A stretch of 64,000 bases of DNA from Candidatus Cloacimonadales bacterium (GTDB taxonomy: Bacteria; Cloacimonadota; Cloacimonadia; Cloacimonadales; JAFGVF01): positions 192,001 through 256,000 of the forward strand of contig OY759729.1 in the NCBI GenBank assembly GCA_963662585.1, given 5' to 3'. Positions 40,838 through 51,758 of this stretch are shown here, one piece after another. The stretch's first letter is position 1. Each line of letters opens with the position of its first letter. A program made the position numbers and the translations under genes. The notes under the pieces were generated by a model, which did no database searches, had not been told where the DNA came from, and saw only the letters and a list, made by a program, of their open reading frames with translations.

Positions 40838-43321
40838 CTAGTCCTCTATTACATCATCTGGAATAATTATCTTTTCTCTAATTATCGAGAAACTTGAAGT
40901 CTCTTCTCTGGCAATATTAAATACTTCAGCAAGAATATCAAAAATATTTATTCCAATAAGTTTTTTGGTTATTAACAAACCATCTGGTAAAATTTGAAGC
41001 TTTTCAATATTAGCTTTGATATCAAGTTCTACTACTTTTTTCTTTTTCTCTTTAGAAATTATCCAATTTGAAGCCAATTCATACTTCTTAACACCTTCAA
41101 TAATATTCAAAGAAAACTTTTCATCAGGAATAACGTTGATAGATTCAGAGCTAATGGCATCTAAATTTCGTTTATCGTTTTTAGTAAGAAGTATCACTTT
41201 GAAGATTTCTAATTCTTCATTATTAATAAAGGAGAATGCTTTAAGAATGTCCTCACACTGGTAATTTGTATTTGATTGAATTTCGAAAAATTCATTAAGT
41301 CCTTCCATACCAAGTGGTAAAGGAGGAGCAAGTTTAATTTTAGGATGATGATTAAATCCTTGAGTATAAATAACATGTAAGTTACTCTTTCTAACGATTC
41401 TATAAATCATTCTCATCATATCAAGGTGACCAACGAATTTCAATACACCTACTTTTTTATAATAGACCCGATAATAATTTCTTGGAGCAGTATCACTATA
41501 TGGTTCTTGGGCATTATTTTCTAAAATTAGATCATCTGGTAATTTTGAGAAAGTATTCTTACCAATAGTTACCTTATGATCAGAGTCACAGACTCCACAG
41601 TTAGTACAATAAGTAAGACAGCCTTCGGTAGTTTCTCCCACTTGAGCTTTCTCATTCTCACTAATGAAGAAATCTTGAGAGATATTCATATCTACCTTAC
41701 TCCAAGGAAGCTCTTTTCCTTGTTGGAAGCCATTAATAAATTGATGATAATCAATATTTAGTTCTGCGAAAGTCTTTTGCCATTTACTGAAATCAAAGAA
41801 CTCACGCCAGCCGTCGAAGTAACAACCATTCTCGTAGCCTCTAACTAGCAACTCATTGAGAGAGCTATCTCCACGAGCGAAAACAGCTTCTAAGAGTGAA
41901 CTTTCTATTTCATGATACTTTATTTTAATAAACTTATATTTTGAGAAAGCATGTTTTATTTTGAGAGCCCTAGCTAAGAGGTTATCTCTTTCTAACATAG
42001 GAGCCCACTGGAAGGGAGTATGTGGCTTGGGAACAAAAGGAGAAATAGTTACATTAATACTTAGCTTTTTGCCAGCTTTAGCTTTAATTTTCTCAATAAG
42101 TTCTATTATAGCATCAATATCTCCTTCTTCTTCATAAGGTAAACCAATCATAAAGTAGAGTTTAACTAATTGCCAATTAAATCTTAGAGCTGTATCTATA
42201 CCTTCTAAAATCTCTTCTTCTGAGATATTTTTATTAATAATATTTCTTAATCTTTGAGAGCCAGCTTCCGGAGCAATAGTTAATCCAGGCTTGCCTAGGC
42301 TTTCTATAAGAGTTATTAAAGAATCATCAAGAGTATCAACTCTTAATGACGGCAAGGAAACTTTTGTTTCTGAAGAACCTAAACGCTTCTTCATTTCAAC
42401 TAAAAGCGGTTTTATGCAGAAATAATCAGAAGATGATAAAGAAGAAAGATTGACTTCCTCCCAACCATTGTCTCTAATTTCTGTGAGCATATCGGAAAGA
42501 ATATCTTGGGCATTTCTTTCTCGGACAGGACGATAGAAGTATCCAGCATGACAGAATCTACAGCCACGAGAGCAACCTCTCATTATTTCTGCTACATAGC
42601 GATCATGAGTAGCTTGTTGCCAAGCTATCAGTTGATTATCGTGTTTTGCTGTATTTTTAGAGAAGTCCCAGTATTTTCTAATCATAACTTTTTCTTGATT
42701 TGCAGAAGGAACAAACCAACCAGGTAGCTTAGCCAGCTCTGTTAAAATTAATTGCTTGCTTTCTCTTCCATGTTTAGCAATTAAATCTTTAATTTCTAAG
42801 ATAGCCTCTTCCCCTTCACCAATCAAAATAGCATCGAATATTTTATCTAGAGGAGCTGGGTTCGTAATACTTGGTCCACCACCAATAATTAGCGGGAAAT
42901 CATCTCTGTCTTTAGCATAATAAGGAATTTGAGCTAAATCTAATACATAGATTATATTACTAAAATTCAATTCAGATTGAAGGGTGAATCCTAATAAATC
43001 AAAATCTTTTAATGCTACTTTACTCTCAAGAGCAAATAGAGGTTTATTATTACTTTTTAATAGTTCACCCATATCAGACCAAGGAGCATAGGCTCTATCT
43101 GCAATAGCATCAGGCTCTTCATTAATTATAGAATAAAGAATTTTCAAACCTAAATGAGAAAATCCTACTTCATAGAGATCTGGAAAAACAAAACAGACAT
43201 TGACTAAATCATCTGCTGGGACGACATTCTTAGAGTTTAATTCTAAACCGATATAGCGAGAAGGCTTATTCACTGAAGCTAGCAAATCACCAACTACCAC
43301 TTTTTGATATTTATTATTCAT
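40838..43321 (-). CDS. TIGR03960 B12-binding radical SAM protein fused to a TIGR03936 (DUF2344) domain
   Basis: KPSRYIGLE, FPDLYEVG.SHLG, EIMRGCSRGCRFCHAG, APEAGSQRLR, FVPKPHTPFQW; C-terminal FVGHLDMMR...YTQGFNHHPK. Confidence 0.88.
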   Translation of the reverse strand: MNNKYQKVVVGDLLASVNKPSRYIGLELNSKNVVPADDLVNVCFVFPDLYEVGFSHLGLKILYSIINEEPDAIADRAYAPWSDMGELLKSNNKPLFALESKVALKDFDLLGFTLQSELNFSNIIYVLDLAQIPYYAKDRDDFPLIIGGGPSITNPAPLDKIFDAILIGEGEEAILEIKDLIAKHGRESKQLILTELAKLPGWFVPSANQEKVMIRKYWDFSKNTAKHDNQLIAWQQATHDRYVAEIMRGCSRGCRFCHAGYFYRPVRERNAQDILSDMLTEIRDNGWEEVNLSSLSSSDYFCIKPLLVEMKKRLGSSETKVSLPSLRVDTLDDSLITLIESLGKPGLTIAPEAGSQRLRNIINKNISEEEILEGIDTALRFNWQLVKLYFMIGLPYEEEGDIDAIIELIEKIKAKAGKKLSINVTISPFVPKPHTPFQWAPMLERDNLLARALKIKHAFSKYKFIKIKYHEIESSLLEAVFARGDSSLNELLVRGYENGCYFDGWREFFDFSKWQKTFAELNIDYHQFINGFQQGKELPWSKVDMNISQDFFISENEKAQVGETTEGCLTYCTNCGVCDSDHKVTIGKNTFSKLPDDLILENNAQEPYSDTAPRNYYRVYYKKVGVLKFVGHLDMMRMIYRIVRKSNLHVIYTQGFNHHPKIKLAPPLPLGMEGLNEFFEIQSNTNYQCEDILKAFSFINNEELEIFKVILLTKNDKRNLDAISSESINVIPDEKFSLNIIEGVKKYELASNWIISKEKKKKVVELDIKANIEKLQILPDGLLITKKLIGINIFDILAEVFNIAREETSSFSIIREKIIIPDDVIED

Positions 43322-43350
43322 ATTTTTATTTAATAACTTTCCTTAATAAT

Positions 43351-43857
43351 TTATTCGAACTGAACTAAAAATGATAATTCTCTGTTAAGAGCATTGTATG
43401 TATTCATTTTAATGCTAAATAGATTAATACCGAAGATGAATTCATTATATTCATCAGGTACTTCGGCATCAATATCTGTCTCTACAGCTCTTAGCGCATC
43501 TTTGTTTATCTTACTTGCAGCAGTTAATGCCCTAAATAAAGCATCGTAAGATTCAATAAACTGAGTATGCAGAAACTTGACTTTTATAGTTGTTGGCTTA
43601 ATTTTGATAATAGCTTGAAGATATTGCTCCAAAGAGTTTAAGTAATCTCCTTGAAGGTAATCTACTAGTTCATAAAATGCATCAGATTCATCCTGAGATA
43701 TTCGCTCTAATAAACCTTCTAATGTAGGATTAGAGACTAAATCTTGATATTGCCCCATTTCTTGAGCATAAGTTTCTAAATCAGCTTTTATACCCTGTGC
43801 CCACACTAGTGAACTAAATACTAAAATGATTATTAGTGATGATAATTTCTTTAACAT
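43351..43857 (-). CDS. Hypothetical exported helical protein
   Basis: Signal peptide MLKKLSSLIIILVFSSLVWA; start overlaps the rfaD stop. Confidence 0.7.
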   Translation of the reverse strand: MLKKLSSLIIILVFSSLVWAQGIKADLETYAQEMGQYQDLVSNPTLEGLLERISQDESDAFYELVDYLQGDYLNSLEQYLQAIIKIKPTTIKVKFLHTQFIESYDALFRALTAASKINKDALRAVETDIDAEVPDEYNEFIFGINLFSIKMNTYNALNRELSFLVQFE

Positions 43858-44825
43858 TAATATACCTTTAACCCTTTATCTAAATATTTCTGAACATAGT
43901 CCTTTACCCCATCTTCTAAGGAAGTAAAGCCTTTATCCCAGCCAGCTTCAATCAACTTTTCATTCTCTGCTTGAGTAAAGTACTGATACTTTCCTTGTAG
44001 GTGACTAGGCATTTCTATATATTCTATTTTACTTTCTTTGTTAAGAGCATGAAAAACTGCCTTCACTAAATCATTCCAACTTCTTGCTTGCCCAGTACCT
44101 ATATTATAAATACCATTAACTTGGGGATTATTAATCAACCACCAAATTATCTTAGCAACATCTTTTACATAGATAAAATCTCTTTTCTGTTCGCCATCTG
44201 CATATTCAGCATTAGCTGACTTGAAAAGCTTAACTCGTCCATCTGCTTTAATCTGATGAAATGAATTAAAAACTACACTAGTCATGGAATCTTTATGATA
44301 TTCATTTGGTCCATAGACATTAAAGAATCTTAAACTACAAACAGAATCAATCATACCTGTTTTGAGGGCAGTTTCATCCATAAATTGCTTGGAATAACCA
44401 TACATATTGAGTGGTCTATATTTTGAGATATCAGTGTGTTCATCTGAATATCCTAAAGCACCATCTCCATAGGTAGCAGCAGAACTTGCGTAGATAAATC
44501 TAACATTGTTCTCAATAGCCCATTCCATTAATATCCTAGTGTACTCTGTATTGTTTTCATAAAGATAATCTGCATCTAATTCAGTTGTTGAAGAACAAGC
44601 TCCCATGTGAATTATAGCATCTACCTGAGGAAAATTTCCTTCTAATAACTCTTCTAAAAATCTATCTTTATGAATATACTCTTCATAACTTTTACCTACT
44701 AAATTCTTCCACTTTTCTGTTTTACCCAAATTATCTACTATAACAATGTCTTCTCTACCTTTTTTATTTAAGTATGAGACCAGCACACTGCCAATAAAAC
44801 CAGCACCACCTGTTACGATAATCAT
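43857..44825 (-). CDS. rfaD: ADP-L-glycero-D-manno-heptose 6-epimerase
   Basis: MIIVTGGAGFIGS, HMGACSSTTE, YASSAATYG, PLNMYGYSK, FFNVYGPNEYHK, YQYFTQA. Confidence 0.96.
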   Translation of the reverse strand: MIIVTGGAGFIGSVLVSYLNKKGREDIVIVDNLGKTEKWKNLVGKSYEEYIHKDRFLEELLEGNFPQVDAIIHMGACSSTTELDADYLYENNTEYTRILMEWAIENNVRFIYASSAATYGDGALGYSDEHTDISKYRPLNMYGYSKQFMDETALKTGMIDSVCSLRFFNVYGPNEYHKDSMTSVVFNSFHQIKADGRVKLFKSANAEYADGEQKRDFIYVKDVAKIIWWLINNPQVNGIYNIGTGQARSWNDLVKAVFHALNKESKIEYIEMPSHLQGKYQYFTQAENEKLIEAGWDKGFTSLEDGVKDYVQKYLDKGLKVY

Positions 44826-44828
44826 TTC

Positions 44829-45632
44829 CTACACTCCCTTAATTTCAAAAATCAATAATAAGAAATAAAAGATTGGGGCTGATACGATTAAACTATCAAA
44901 CCTATCTATTATTCCCCCATGTCCTGGGATTAAATTAGAGCTATCTTTAACATTCATATCACGCTTAATGATTGATTCAATTAAATCGCCAAATTGGCCA
45001 AAAATACCTGCTGAAATTACAGCATAAATGATATGCCAACCCATGAACCAATTTGTTGTTAGATATATTATTAAACCAACTAAACTTGTTAAAAAAAATC
45101 CACCTAAAAAACCTTCTAAAGATTTCTTAGGACTCGCTTTGAAAATATTTCTATGCTTACCAAATTTCATTCCTACAAAATAGGCAAAAGAATCGGTTGT
45201 CCAACAAAATATTTGCAGTAATAAAACCAATCGATAATCTGGAAAATGACTTGATATTCTATAGATAGAAGCTGGCATAATTACAGTATAAACCATGGCC
45301 ATTAAGGAGAAACCTATAATAGATGCGGTGTGTTCTATCTTATTCATTATGACATTATTACCTGCTACGATAATAAATGTACCGATTATTGCAAAATTGA
45401 TATATTCAAATCCCTTAACCGCACAGAGCAAGAAAACGGGTATTGATAATGGTATCAACAAGACTGGGATATAGTAATTTTTACCTTCTTTAATAATATT
45501 ACGCATTTCCCACATAGCCGCAAAACTGATTAAGCCTAATAATACTAATAATGGAGTTCCACCAAAATAGTAGACCACTAAAAGTAAGGGAATAAAAATT
45601 ATCGAAACAATAACTCTTTTGAATAGTTCCAT
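44829..45632 (-). CDS. cdsA: Phosphatidate cytidylyltransferase
   Basis: DSFAYFVG, SPKKSLEG, GDLIESIIKR...KDSSNLIPGHGGIIDRFDS. Confidence 0.95.
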   Translation of the reverse strand: MELFKRVIVSIIFIPLLLVVYYFGGTPLLVLLGLISFAAMWEMRNIIKEGKNYYIPVLLIPLSIPVFLLCAVKGFEYINFAIIGTFIIVAGNNVIMNKIEHTASIIGFSLMAMVYTVIMPASIYRISSHFPDYRLVLLLQIFCWTTDSFAYFVGMKFGKHRNIFKASPKKSLEGFLGGFFLTSLVGLIIYLTTNWFMGWHIIYAVISAGIFGQFGDLIESIIKRDMNVKDSSNLIPGHGGIIDRFDSLIVSAPIFYFLLLIFEIKGV

Positions 45633-46369
45633 TATACAGCTCCAAAGCGTCTATCGCGGTTTTGATAATCAATAATTGCCTGCATTAATAACTCTTTACT
45701 AAAATCAGGCCACAATTCATCTGTGAACCAAAGTTCAGTATAAGCGTTTTGCCACAGTAAATAATTTGATAATCTCATTTCTCCACTAGTCCTAATCAGT
45801 AATTCAGGATCAGGTACTCCAGCTGTATAAAGATAAGAAGAGAAGATATCTTCAGTAATGGCAGAATCAGTCAATTTACCATCTAATCTATCTTGCACTA
45901 TCTTCTCAACTGCATCAAGAATCTCTCTTCTTGAACCATAGTTTATAGCTATCAAAACAGTTAAACCGGTATTATTCTCTGACTTAGCACATGCTTTTTC
46001 AATCTCTTGAACAAAAGATGCTTCTAAGTTATGCCTTGAGCCTATCAATTTAAGTTTAACATTGTTTTTTATTAACTCATCAAACTCTTTTATTAAAGTA
46101 TTTATAATTAGCTTAAATAGTCCAGATATTTCAGTTTTAGGCCTACTCCAATTCTCAGTTGAAAAAGTATAGAGGGTTAAATATTTCACACCTAACTCAT
46201 GACATCCCTCAATGGTTCTTCTAACAGCTTCAGCACCATGTTTATGTCCATAAAGTCTATTTTGCAGGCGTTTCTTAGCCCATCTACCATTTCCATCCAT
46301 GATGACAGCAATATGCTTAGGAACTCGACTTTTATCTATTCTGTCCATTAATTCAATATACTTTTCCAT
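45632..46369 (-). CDS. uppS: Undecaprenyl diphosphate synthase
   Basis: HIAVIMDGNGRWA, FSTENWSRP, NYGSR, LIRTSGEMRLSNYLLWQ. Confidence 0.97.
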   Translation of the reverse strand: MEKYIELMDRIDKSRVPKHIAVIMDGNGRWAKKRLQNRLYGHKHGAEAVRRTIEGCHELGVKYLTLYTFSTENWSRPKTEISGLFKLIINTLIKEFDELIKNNVKLKLIGSRHNLEASFVQEIEKACAKSENNTGLTVLIAINYGSRREILDAVEKIVQDRLDGKLTDSAITEDIFSSYLYTAGVPDPELLIRTSGEMRLSNYLLWQNAYTELWFTDELWPDFSKELLMQAIIDYQNRDRRFGAV

Positions 46370-47482
46370 TAATCACTCTCCGCATTTAGTTTTAAGTAGG
46401 CATTCATAAAATCATTTAACTCGCCATCCATTACCTTTTCAGTATTTCCGATTTCAAAATTAGTTCTATGATCTTTAACCATTTGATAAGGATGAAAAAC
46501 ATAAGAACGGATTTGATTGCCCCAACCGATATCTGATTTAGTGACTTCTTCTGCTTCTCGTTCCTTCTGTCTTTCAGCTTCATAATGTTCAAAAAGTCGT
46601 GATTTCAAGATAATCATAGCCTTTTCACGATTTTGGATTTGAGATCTTTGGTTTTGACAGGAAACTACAATATTGGTTGGTAAATGGGTAATTCTTACAG
46701 CAGAATCAGTAGTATTAACATGCTGTCCACCAGCACCACTTGCTCGATAAGTATCTATTTTTAAATCTTTTTGATTAATCTCAACTTCAATATCATCCAT
46801 AATCTCTGCATAGGCATATACAGAAGCAAAAGATGTTTGCCTTTTACCTTGAGCATTGAAAGGAGAAATTCTAACTAACCTATGAATACCAATTTCAGAT
46901 TTAAGATAGCCATAAGCAAAATCTCCAGAAATTTCTAAGGAGGCTGTTTTTATACCAGCTTCATCACCGGAAATATAATCTACTATTTCATATTTGAAAC
47001 CATTCTTCTCACACCAACGAGTGTACATCCTTAAAAGCATTTCAGCCCAATCTTGGGATTCTGTACCACCAGCTCCTGGATGAATGCTCAAGATAGCATT
47101 ATTCCTATCAAAGTTCCCACTTAGAAGAAGCTCTACTTCCATTTTGTCTATTTCTGGAGTAATAGTTACTAAGAATTCCCCTGCTTCATTAATAAGTTCT
47201 GAAGATGAACCCGATTCTTCTTCTATCATTAGAAAGTAGGTATCAATGTCATCATAAATAGTGTTAATTCTTTTAATTTGATCAAGTTTACTCTTGAGTT
47301 GTGAAAGTTCTTTAGTTGTTTTTCGGGCTGTTTCCTGATCATTCCAAAAGTCAGGATTATTCATTAAAGCCTCTAACTTGCTTATTGCTTGCTCAGTCTG
47401 AGACTGGTCAAAGCAACCTCCGCATGTGAGTTATTTTCTCTTGAATATCTTCCTTCATTTTCTTAAGTTCAAAAATCTCCAT
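46369..47482 (-). CDS. prfB: Peptide chain release factor 2 (programmed +1 frameshift, about 370 aa)
   Basis: ATG 47482 gives 24 codons ending CTT-TGA-C at 47413-47407. The +1 frame joins ORF 46369..47364, which has SPF and GAGGQHVN. Confidence 0.97.
47407..47421 (-). promoter_or_regulatory. prfB autoregulatory frameshift site (internal SD plus CTT TGA C)
   Basis: Minus strand reads GGAGG-TTG-CTT-TGA-C. Confidence 0.95.
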
Positions 47483-47645
47483 TAATTACTCCCGAATTAT
47501 TCTTTTTAATACATTATTTTCGTTATATATAATTAGTCAAGATTTTAAATAATAACTGCAATAGCAAATATTACTAAGCCCTAAATATATTTTTATTCAG
47601 CTAGGCAATTTTGTGTTGATTTAAGTGAAACTATAATTCTGTATT

Positions 47646-48944
47646 CTAAGAAGTAAGGTTTTTTTGAGGAACTGTCTTAATATGTAAATCTCTTTGCGGG
47701 AAGGGAATCTCAATATTATTAGCTTGAAAGGCATCCCAAATCTCGATAAGCAAGTCACTCTTCACATTCATAACCCCTTTCTGAGGGTCATTAATCCAAA
47801 ATTGAACTTTAAAATTAACTGATGAATCACCAAATTCTACCAATTGTACAAGAGCTTTAGGCCTTTTAAGTATCCTATCTATCTTTTTAGCAGATTCCTC
47901 CATTAGCCCCATAACTTTATGAATATCGGAACTGTAAGAGACCCCAACATCAACCGATTGCCTCACAAGCTTATTAGAATGAGACCAATTAATTACTTGG
48001 TTAGAGATGAAATATTCATTTGGGACAAGATGTTCTTTCCCTTCGATGGTAACAATGGAAGTATAACGGGAGCCCATGACTTTAACTGTTCCAAATTGGT
48101 CAGCAACTTCAATAATATCGCCAGGCTTAAGAGAGTTATCTAAGAGTAGAGTTACTCCACTAATCAGATTAGCGACTATTTTCTGAAGACCAAAACCAAT
48201 ACCGACACCCAGGGCGGAAGTGAACAAGGCTAGGGAGCCTAAATCAACTCCGAGTACATTAATAAAAAGAATTGTAGCAAAGACAAAGACCAAGACATTC
48301 ATTACTTTAAGCATTAGGACTTTTATAGTAGGATTTAAATCTTCCGACTGCTCAATCCTTTGTCCAATAAAAGCTAATAGAAGGGAGGCTATTTTAAAAA
48401 TAACTCCGAAATAGATAATACTTCTTATAATACCATAAATTGAAATTTTAATCCCAGAAATAGTTACCGCGATAGTATCTAAAAGAATTGCGGTATCTGA
48501 GTATAGGTTAAGAACATTTAAAATTATTATTATCCAGGCACTATAGGTAAGTACCTTCTTGAACATATTATTTTTTATCATCCTAGAAACAACTTTTATA
48601 GCCACCCATAAATAGAGAATAATATAAATTTGTTCTATGATCGGAAGTGCAATATTAGCATATTTAAAGGATTCTGCAATGAAGGATAAGAGAAGAGCTA
48701 ATGTGAGTTTCTTATAAACAGGAAAAAGTGAATCATAGATAATACTTCCAGCTTGACTCTTTCTGATTCTATAATAGTTTTTCTTGATTCCCTTACTGAT
48801 TAATCTATTAAGAAAGAAAGTTCCAATAACGAATACAAGCAGTATTATCAATTGTAAGATAATATTGCTTCCCTTGTAAGGTTCAATTATTGAGACAGCT
48901 TTTGCTACTAAAAAAGTATTGAGTTTATCTAAAAATTGATCCAT
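47646..48944 (-). CDS. mscS: Small-conductance mechanosensitive channel (MscS family)
   Basis: ALGVGIGFGLQKIVANLISG, GDIIEV, VPN, INWS, VGVSYSSD, FGDSS, IEIPFPQRDLH. Confidence 0.9.
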   Translation of the reverse strand: MDQFLDKLNTFLVAKAVSIIEPYKGSNIILQLIILLVFVIGTFFLNRLISKGIKKNYYRIRKSQAGSIIYDSLFPVYKKLTLALLLSFIAESFKYANIALPIIEQIYIILYLWVAIKVVSRMIKNNMFKKVLTYSAWIIIILNVLNLYSDTAILLDTIAVTISGIKISIYGIIRSIIYFGVIFKIASLLLAFIGQRIEQSEDLNPTIKVLMLKVMNVLVFVFATILFINVLGVDLGSLALFTSALGVGIGFGLQKIVANLISGVTLLLDNSLKPGDIIEVADQFGTVKVMGSRYTSIVTIEGKEHLVPNEYFISNQVINWSHSNKLVRQSVDVGVSYSSDIHKVMGLMEESAKKIDRILKRPKALVQLVEFGDSSVNFKVQFWINDPQKGVMNVKSDLLIEIWDAFQANNIEIPFPQRDLHIKTVPQKNLTS

Positions 48945-48952
48945 ATTAAAAC

Positions 48953-49624
48953 CTATTTAATCCCTTCCACTATACCATTCTTGTTATATTCAAATCTATA
49001 TTCATAAAGAACATTACCATTATTATATATATTTTTTGTCTCGATATTATCGCTTTTATCATAATTATATTGATATTCAGCCTTACTATCTAACCAAACT
49101 ATCTTCTCAATTAAGTTCTTATTGTTATATTTCACTTGGCCAGCATATACTACTGATCTACCTAAGATTTTAAAGTTATCATAGGTTATGTTGAAAGGCA
49201 ATACTTGAAAATTTGTAGGCAAACCACTTTCATTATAAGAAATATCAAATTTAATCAAATCACCATTATTGGAGAAAGTATATTGTTTAGCATTGGCACT
49301 TGAAGTAATATTTATTTCTTTCCACTGTTTATTGATATTAAAAATGTACTTATTCAACTCTTGAAAAGAATTAGCAATTGATGAATAAGATATTATTTTG
49401 AAGACCTTTCCCTTATTATAGAAAATTTGATAGTACTCTTTATTCTCTAGATTGCTTTTAGATATTTCATTAACACCTGAGAAAGTGAGATCATTATTTA
49501 CTTTTAGAAATTCAAAATAGCGTTGGAATACTTCCTCTTCACTTTTTTGATTATCTTCAATTTTGCTACAGCCTATAAAGAGAAAAATCATTAAAGAAAC
49601 TAACAGTAATATCCTAAATTTCAT
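48953..49624 (-). CDS. Hypothetical lipoprotein
   Basis: Lipobox FIGC; C-terminal YD-like Y.YD/Y.YN motifs. Confidence 0.7.
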   Translation of the reverse strand: MKFRILLLVSLMIFLFIGCSKIEDNQKSEEEVFQRYFEFLKVNNDLTFSGVNEISKSNLENKEYYQIFYNKGKVFKIISYSSIANSFQELNKYIFNINKQWKEINITSSANAKQYTFSNNGDLIKFDISYNESGLPTNFQVLPFNITYDNFKILGRSVVYAGQVKYNNKNLIEKIVWLDSKAEYQYNYDKSDNIETKNIYNNGNVLYEYRFEYNKNGIVEGIK

Positions 49625-49784
49625 TTTGACTCCCTTATAAAAATATGTTTAGTGCTTTATAAATAGACTTTATCTAACAATATTTATTTTGTCAATAGCA
49701 AAAGTATATTTCTTAAATAATTATCTTCAATTTTCTTTTCTCATTGTAATAATACAGATAATATCCGAGTAGATTATAAGGTAT

Positions 49785-51173
49785 TTACTTCTTTTCCCAC
49801 TTTGTACCATCTTTTGTATCAAGTAATTGAATTCCTACTTTAAGAAGTTCATCTCTGATTTGATCTGATAATGACCAGTTCTTATCTTGTTTAGCATTAT
49901 TACGAAGATCTATTAAGACTTTTAAAAGCTTTTCAGATAATTCACCTAAATCATTAGATAGTTGAGCTTTTAAATCTTTAAAGAAGCCTAAAACTCCACC
50001 TAATTCTACTAGCAAATCTGCAGACTCTTGTCTGATACTCATATCTTCTTTTGTAGATTTAATTACTCTAACCAAATCAAACATAACTGAAAGTGCTTTA
50101 GCTGTATTAAAGTCATCATCCATAGCAGTAATAAAGTCATTTTTGAGCTTTTGAGTTGATTCAGAATATTCTTTTTTCTCAGCAGAGACTTGATAGTTCA
50201 CAGATTTCAAGGCAGTATAAAAGTTCTTAACAGCAGTTTCTGATTCTTGCATTATCTCTCTATTGAAGTCTATAGGAGAACGGTAATGCTTGGATAAGAA
50301 GAAGAATCTTATTGCTTCTGCATCATACTCTTTAAGAATATCTCGAGCAGTAAAGAAGTTATTAAGACTCTTAGACATCTTTTCTCCTTCGATATTAATA
50401 AAACCATTATGCATCCAGTAGTTTGCTAAGGGTTTATGGGATAGAACTTCAGCTTGAGCATTTTCATTCTCATGATGAGGGAATACTAAATCAACTCCAC
50501 CACCATGAATATCAAAGTTATCGCTTTTCAGATACTTCTGAGATAAGACAACACACTCCGAGTGCCAACCAGGTCTTCCCTCTCCCCAAGGTGAAGCCCA
50601 TACAGGTTCTCCTGCTTTTGCTTTTTTCCAAAGAGTGAAATCAGCAGGATGTCTCTTATTAAGATTAGTTTCTACTCTTGCGCCAGCTTTTTGATCATCA
50701 ATCTTCTTTCCTGATAATTTGCCATAATCTTTAAAACTCTCAACTGAGAAATAAACATCACCATCAACTTCATAAGCAAAATCTTCTTTCTCAAGTTTTT
50801 TAATTAACTTAATAATTTCGCCTATAACTTCAGATGCTTTAGGCTGAAAATCAGGTTTTCTAATTCCTAGTTTTTCCGTATCTTCACTAAAGGCAGCAAT
50901 ATATTTTTTGGCAACTTGCTGAAAACTTGAGTTATCTTCTATTGCTTTATTAATAATTTTATCATCTATATCTGTTAAGTTCTGAACATAGGTCACTTGC
51001 ATTCCTCTGAATTCAAAGTAGTTTCTAACTACATCAAAAAAGACAAAAGGACGGGCATTACCGATATGAAAATAGTTATATACAGTAGGACCACAGACAT
51101 ACATTTTAACTTTATTTGATTCAATTGGGATAAATTCTTCTTTTTTTCTATTTAAGGTATTATATATTTTCAT
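49785..51173 (-). CDS. cysS: Cysteine--tRNA ligase
   Basis: MYVCGPTVY..HIGN, GRPGWHSEC, HGGGVDLVFPHHENE, KMSKS. Confidence 0.98.
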   Translation of the reverse strand: MKIYNTLNRKKEEFIPIESNKVKMYVCGPTVYNYFHIGNARPFVFFDVVRNYFEFRGMQVTYVQNLTDIDDKIINKAIEDNSSFQQVAKKYIAAFSEDTEKLGIRKPDFQPKASEVIGEIIKLIKKLEKEDFAYEVDGDVYFSVESFKDYGKLSGKKIDDQKAGARVETNLNKRHPADFTLWKKAKAGEPVWASPWGEGRPGWHSECVVLSQKYLKSDNFDIHGGGVDLVFPHHENENAQAEVLSHKPLANYWMHNGFINIEGEKMSKSLNNFFTARDILKEYDAEAIRFFFLSKHYRSPIDFNREIMQESETAVKNFYTALKSVNYQVSAEKKEYSESTQKLKNDFITAMDDDFNTAKALSVMFDLVRVIKSTKEDMSIRQESADLLVELGGVLGFFKDLKAQLSNDLGELSEKLLKVLIDLRNNAKQDKNWSLSDQIRDELLKVGIQLLDTKDGTKWEKK

Positions 51174-51212
51174 TTCCTCTCCTTCACACTACTAGGCTAA
51201 TTAGCTAGCAAA

Positions 51213-51758
51213 CTAAAGACTTTTATTATATTCAAGGATGGTAAGTGTAGCCATCTTTTTATCGCATTTATAAGTGACCATCTCGGCATATTCAGCAGGA
51301 ATTGCTTCTTTACGAGAATGTTCAATAAGAATAGCTCCATTTTCAGCTAAAAGTTCTTGATCTATAATTAATTTTATGGTTGGAGCTATTAACCCTTTAT
51401 CATAGGGCGGATCAATTAAGATAAGATCAAATTTATCTTCACACTTCTTTAAAAAGTTGAGAACATTGCGTTTATGTATTCTACAGATTTCGCTTGTCTT
51501 GGTTTTTTCTACATTAGCAAACAAAGCTTGGAGAGCATTATTTGACATTTCAACAAAATCAGCTGTTCCTGCACCTCTACTTAGAGCTTCTAAGCCTAGA
51601 GCTCCTGTTCCTGCAAAGAGATCTAAGACTTTCTTTCCATTTAAATCTTGATAGACTGAGAAGATATATTCCCGAAAGTAGTCAGTTGTAGGTCTTGTAC
51701 TTTTACCTGCAACAGAAAAGATATTCATTCCCTTGAACTTTCCAGCTATGATTCTCAT
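51213..51758 (-). CDS. rsmD: 16S rRNA (guanine(966)-N2)-methyltransferase RsmD
   Basis: MRIIAGKFKG, RPTTD, LDLFAGTGALGLEALSRGA, DPPY. Confidence 0.95.
   Translation of the reverse strand: MRIIAGKFKGMNIFSVAGKSTRPTTDYFREYIFSVYQDLNGKKVLDLFAGTGALGLEALSRGAGTADFVEMSNNALQALFANVEKTKTSEICRIHKRNVLNFLKKCEDKFDLILIDPPYDKGLIAPTIKLIIDQELLAENGAILIEHSRKEAIPAEYAEMVTYKCDKKMATLTILEYNKSL

Noticed and set aside
40838..43321. Radical SAM-DUF2344 fusion as a novelty
   Set aside because: The TIGR03960/TIGR03936 pair is already known to occur adjacent or fused.
46369..47482. prfB as a pseudogene or truncated gene
   Set aside because: The in-frame TGA is the canonical programmed frameshift site.
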